Under the pieces are notes generated by a model. That model was not told the DNA's origin, made no database searches, and saw only the letters and a program-made list of their open reading frames with translations. Positions 61,185 through 64,000 of a stretch of 64,000 bases of DNA are shown one piece after another. Numbering within the stretch: position 1 is the stretch's first letter; each line of letters starts with the position of its first letter. Made by a program: the position numbers and the translations under genes. This stretch comes from an uncultured Alphaproteobacteria bacterium (lineage in GTDB: Bacteria > Pseudomonadota > Alphaproteobacteria > Geminicoccales > Geminicoccaceae), in the NCBI GenBank assembly GCA_963815435.1, contig CAWFGZ010000042.1, positions 24,002 through 88,001 on the forward strand, in the 5' to 3' direction.

Positions 61185-61394
61185 GCCGTCGCGCGGGAGG
61201 CGAAGTCAATTCTGTGACTTCTCTGCAACATCACAGCATTTTTGTTGCAAACGCGCACTTTCCCGGTTGATGGCAAGACGATCAAATGGTTAACAAAGAG
61301 TGTTGAGAGTTCGCCTCATAATATGTCCAAGGGGCGAGACACTCAGCCGTAAGTAGAAAACACGCCCTTGCGGGTGCGAGTGGAGAACGGGATC

Positions 61395-62495
61395 ATGCAA
61401 TACCAAAGGCTGTTGCTGGGCAGCACCGCGCTCGTAGGCGCCGGCTTCCTGCTCGCCGGCGCCGCCGCGCCGGCCAAGGCAGCTGGAATGGAGGTCAAGC
61501 TCAGCGGCTACACCGAGTTCGAGGTCGGGGCCGCGACCAAAGATACGTATAACAACAGCAAGCATAATCAGAATTACAGCTTCTTTATGGACAACGAGGT
61601 CCATATCGAGGCGACGGCCACGACCGATTCCGGCGTCACCTACGGCTCCTACCTCGAGATCGAGATCGGCAGTAATTCCGATGCGGCGCAAAACGGCAAC
61701 GTCAGCGTGGACGAGGTCAACCTGTTCTTCTCGGGCAACTTCGGCCGGGTCGAGCTCGGTCAGCAGGACGGCGCTGAAGACGTGATGTTCGTCGGCGCCG
61801 AGGACGCCCAGTCCGGTACCGGCGGCATCGACGGCGACACCTCGAACCTCGCCGTGATCATCAACGTCCAGAACACGGGCGATGCGACCAAGGCCACCTA
61901 CTTCACGCCGCGCGTCGCCGGCTTCCAGCTGGGTGCCAGCTTCACCCCGAACACCTCCAGCCAATTCGGCCAAACGGACGAAGGCGGCCAAAAGGACGCC
62001 ATCGGGATCGGCGGCAACTGGGTCGGTGCGTTCGGCGGCGCCGACCTGACACTGAGCGCGGTCGGCATCTCGAGCAGTGGCGGTAACCGTGGTGCGGGCG
62101 GTGCCAGTAACGGCGACGTCAAGGACTACTCGGTCGGCGGGGTGCTCGGCTTCGGCGGGCTTTCGTTCGGCGTGACCTGGGGCCAGCTCCTCGACGGTAT
62201 CGCGGTTACCAAGGGTACTGGCTTGAGGGTCGGCAACGGTACCTCGTGGCTCAGCGGCTCTCTCCAGTACTCGTTCGGACCCGCGAGCGCCAGCGTCGGC
62301 GTGGACCAGAACTGGCTCGACGGCCAGAAAGATTTGACCGTCCTGGTGGTCAGCGCCGACTACGGCATCATGCCGGGAGTGACGCTCAAGGGGGACGTCT
62401 CCTACAACACCAACGATCCGAACGCGAACGCGGGCGACCCGCAAAATCCGGACCCCACGGTTGCTGGAGTGGCCTCGGTCCAGATCGACTACTGA
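61395..62495 (+). CDS. general porin (alphaproteobacterial type)
   Basis: Signal peptide ending AKA, G/Y/F-rich beta-strand pattern, C-terminal ...VASVQIDY. AT-rich leader. Followed by a terminator. Confidence 0.85.
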   Translation: MQYQRLLLGSTALVGAGFLLAGAAAPAKAAGMEVKLSGYTEFEVGAATKDTYNNSKHNQNYSFFMDNEVHIEATATTDSGVTYGSYLEIEIGSNSDAAQNGNVSVDEVNLFFSGNFGRVELGQQDGAEDVMFVGAEDAQSGTGGIDGDTSNLAVIINVQNTGDATKATYFTPRVAGFQLGASFTPNTSSQFGQTDEGGQKDAIGIGGNWVGAFGGADLTLSAVGISSSGGNRGAGGASNGDVKDYSVGGVLGFGGLSFGVTWGQLLDGIAVTKGTGLRVGNGTSWLSGSLQYSFGPASASVGVDQNWLDGQKDLTVLVVSADYGIMPGVTLKGDVSYNTNDPNANAGDPQNPDPTVAGVASVQIDY

Positions 62496-62534
62496 GATCG
62501 ACATCGTCTTCTTTCCGAGATACACAGGGGAAAC

Positions 62535-62567
62535 GGGCGGCGGGCGGGTCCCGCCGCCCTCTTCGTT
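62535..62567 (+). terminator. intrinsic terminator after the porin gene
   Basis: GGGCGGCGGG-cgggt-CCCGCCGCCC (10-bp perfect stem) followed by TCTTCGTT. Confidence 0.6.
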
Positions 62568-62692
62568 GGGAGCGAGACGAACAACACCGACGATATCGTT
62601 TTGTTTACGGTTAGCGCTTGAAAATGCGGTGATTCGGACGCATCATGCCGAGCTGCGGACGCAACCCTCGATGAGGTAGACCACCAACCGGG

Positions 62693-63459
62693 ATGGGTAA
62701 GCTGATTTCGGGCAGGCGGAGCCATCCTCGCGGCTGGTCTGCTCGTAGTGTTCGCGTGGGATGCTCGGGCACAGACGGCAGCCTCGGACGTCGGTGTCGG
62801 CGGCTATCAGGATCTGGCCGTCGAAGCGGTGCATCGCGATCTGGTGGGGGACGCGCCGGCGGCCCCGGACACGGGGTTTCGGATCGCGATCGAGTTCGGG
62901 GCCGACCTCGGCGCTCACGGAGTTCACGCCACGCTTTGGCCTCGGTGCTGGGGCAATGGGCCACAGTGACGCCCTGGCGGAGAGTTCGTTCGGTGCAAAC
63001 GCGCCGGGCCCCGACCCGAACAAGCGCTTGCAGCTAGGTTACAACAACAGCGCCGAGATCGCCGGCCTGACGGTCGACCTGTCGGCGAGCGCGGCCATGG
63101 TGCCGCCGCCCTCGGCGGCGCTCGGCGATGTCGGTTCCGGGCTGGTGGTCGGCGGCGGGCTGGCGGTCGCGGGGGTGCGCTTCGATGCCGCCTACGGTCA
63201 CGATGCGGCGTCGCTGATCGGCCTCGACGGTACCCGGATGACGGCCGGGGTCGCTTACGGCCTGGGGCCGGTCGACGCGCGCGTGAGCTACAGCCTGGTC
63301 GACAGCGAGATCGCGGCGGGGACCAGCTTGTTCACGCTGGGCAGTCAGCTTACGCTGGTGCCTGGGCTGGTCGTGCAGGGCGACCTCGCCTACGCCGAGG
63401 ACGGTCGGCAGGGCGATGCCAAGACGGCCGGGCGGGTGGGCCTCAAGCTCAACTTCTGA
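62693..63459 (+). pseudogene. second porin-like outer-membrane beta-barrel protein, 2 frameshifts
   Basis: ATG at 62693 (MGKLISG), then a shift to ..AILAAGLLVVFAWDARAQTAASDVGVGGYQD.., then a shift near 62915 to ..TEFTPRFGLGAGAMG...GLTVDLSASA...GVRFDAAYG...LVVQGDLAYAEDG...AGRVGLKLNF (aromatic C-terminus). Confidence 0.6.
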
Positions 63460-63550
63460 TCCGCCCCAAGGAGTGACGGCGACCGCGCGCCGCGGCTCCT
63501 CGAACGGTCCCGAGCCGACCGCGGGAGCGTAGCGAGCAGGAGCACGACCG

Positions 63551-64000
63551 ATGGCATTGGCAAACGCCTCGAAGATCATGCTGGGGTTGACGGTGTTGTT
63601 GGCTGCCGGCTGCTCGACGCCGCCCACCATCGAGGCGCCGCCGGCGTCTCAACAGGCGTATTCGAACACCCAGAAGGACAAGATTGCCAGGAAGTACGGC
63701 AATATTCAGGACAATCCTGACGGCATTACCCTGTTCAGCAACAAGCCCAAGACTGGCACCGACGGCTCTGGTGGTGGCGGGCCGACCATTGGCGTCAACG
63801 TCTACCTGTGGCGGGCGACGCTGGAAACGATCGACTTCCTGCCGCTCGCCCAGGCCGATCCGTTCGGCGGGGTGATCATCACCGACTGGTATTCGCCGCC
63901 CGAGACACCGACCGAACGCTTCAAGCTGAACGTCTATATCCTCGATCGCGTGCTGCGCGCCGACGGCGTCAAGGTCGCGGTGTTCCGCCAGACCGGCAGC
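63551..64000 (+). CDS. DUF3576 family lipoprotein (3' end beyond window)
   Basis: Hand translation: MALANASKIMLGLTVLLAAGC (lipobox) ...GVNVYLWRATLETIDFLPLAQADPFGGVIITDWYSPPETPTERFKLNVYILDRVLRADGVKVAVFRQ. Not in the ORF track because it is open at the edge. Confidence 0.75.
   Translation, partial: MALANASKIMLGLTVLLAAGCSTPPTIEAPPASQQAYSNTQKDKIARKYGNIQDNPDGITLFSNKPKTGTDGSGGGGPTIGVNVYLWRATLETIDFLPLAQADPFGGVIITDWYSPPETPTERFKLNVYILDRVLRADGVKVAVFRQTGS

Noticed and set aside
61185-61394. Inverted repeat TGCAACA-N13-TGTTGCA (about 61226-61252) in the AT-rich porin leader as a defined regulator site
   Set aside because: It is a single occurrence in AT-rich promoter DNA where such short repeats are common. 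Noted but not supportable as a feature without comparative data.

Overview
High-GC (about 65-73% in housekeeping stretches) chromosomal segment. The gene content looks alphaproteobacterial (inference from SUV3-like helicase + S4 pair, DUF1194, DUF3576, DUF2950/DUF3300, porin type). About 60 protein-coding loci. I saw no rRNA, tRNA or CRISPR array.

Content:
- An exported-protein cluster (YbaY-like, DUF2950, DUF3300, polytopic membrane protein).
- Arylsulfatase, an ECF sigma locus, and an aminotransferase with glutaryl-CoA dehydrogenase.
- A lower-GC accessory mosaic at 15.1-20.7 kb: VapBC, IstB and IS5-type transposase fragments, a PNPOx-family protein, an SDR, orphans, and a DUF2652-SRPBCC protein.
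- A housekeeping block: pcm, thioesterase, M17 peptidase, valS, ilvA, argC, a sulfite-oxidase-like enzyme and purD.
- A sugar ABC operon interrupted by a decayed Mrr-like endonuclease gene.
- An intact IS (DDE/rve transposase) with 17-bp direct repeats.
- A truncated Fic gene, a membrane/2Fe-2S/class III cyclase, htpG, and a membrane-anchored patatin-like lipase.
- SUV3-like helicase + S4 protein, an MscS channel, YggS + sulfotransferase, a JmjC-cupin, two porins and a DUF3576 lipoprotein.

The dominant oddity is a patchy, very high load of frameshifts. valS needs about 10 and most genes between 20.7 and 41.5 kb need at least one, while 51-62.5 kb has none. I interpret these mainly as consensus indel errors and call the affected genes pseudogenes with that caveat.

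I did not find a convincing multi-gene novel system. The best leads are a low-GC islet (orphan + pentapeptide gene), a two-module Cys-rich secreted protein, the redox-type cyclase and several repeated cis-elements.

All family calls rest on motif recognition by eye, not on database searches.
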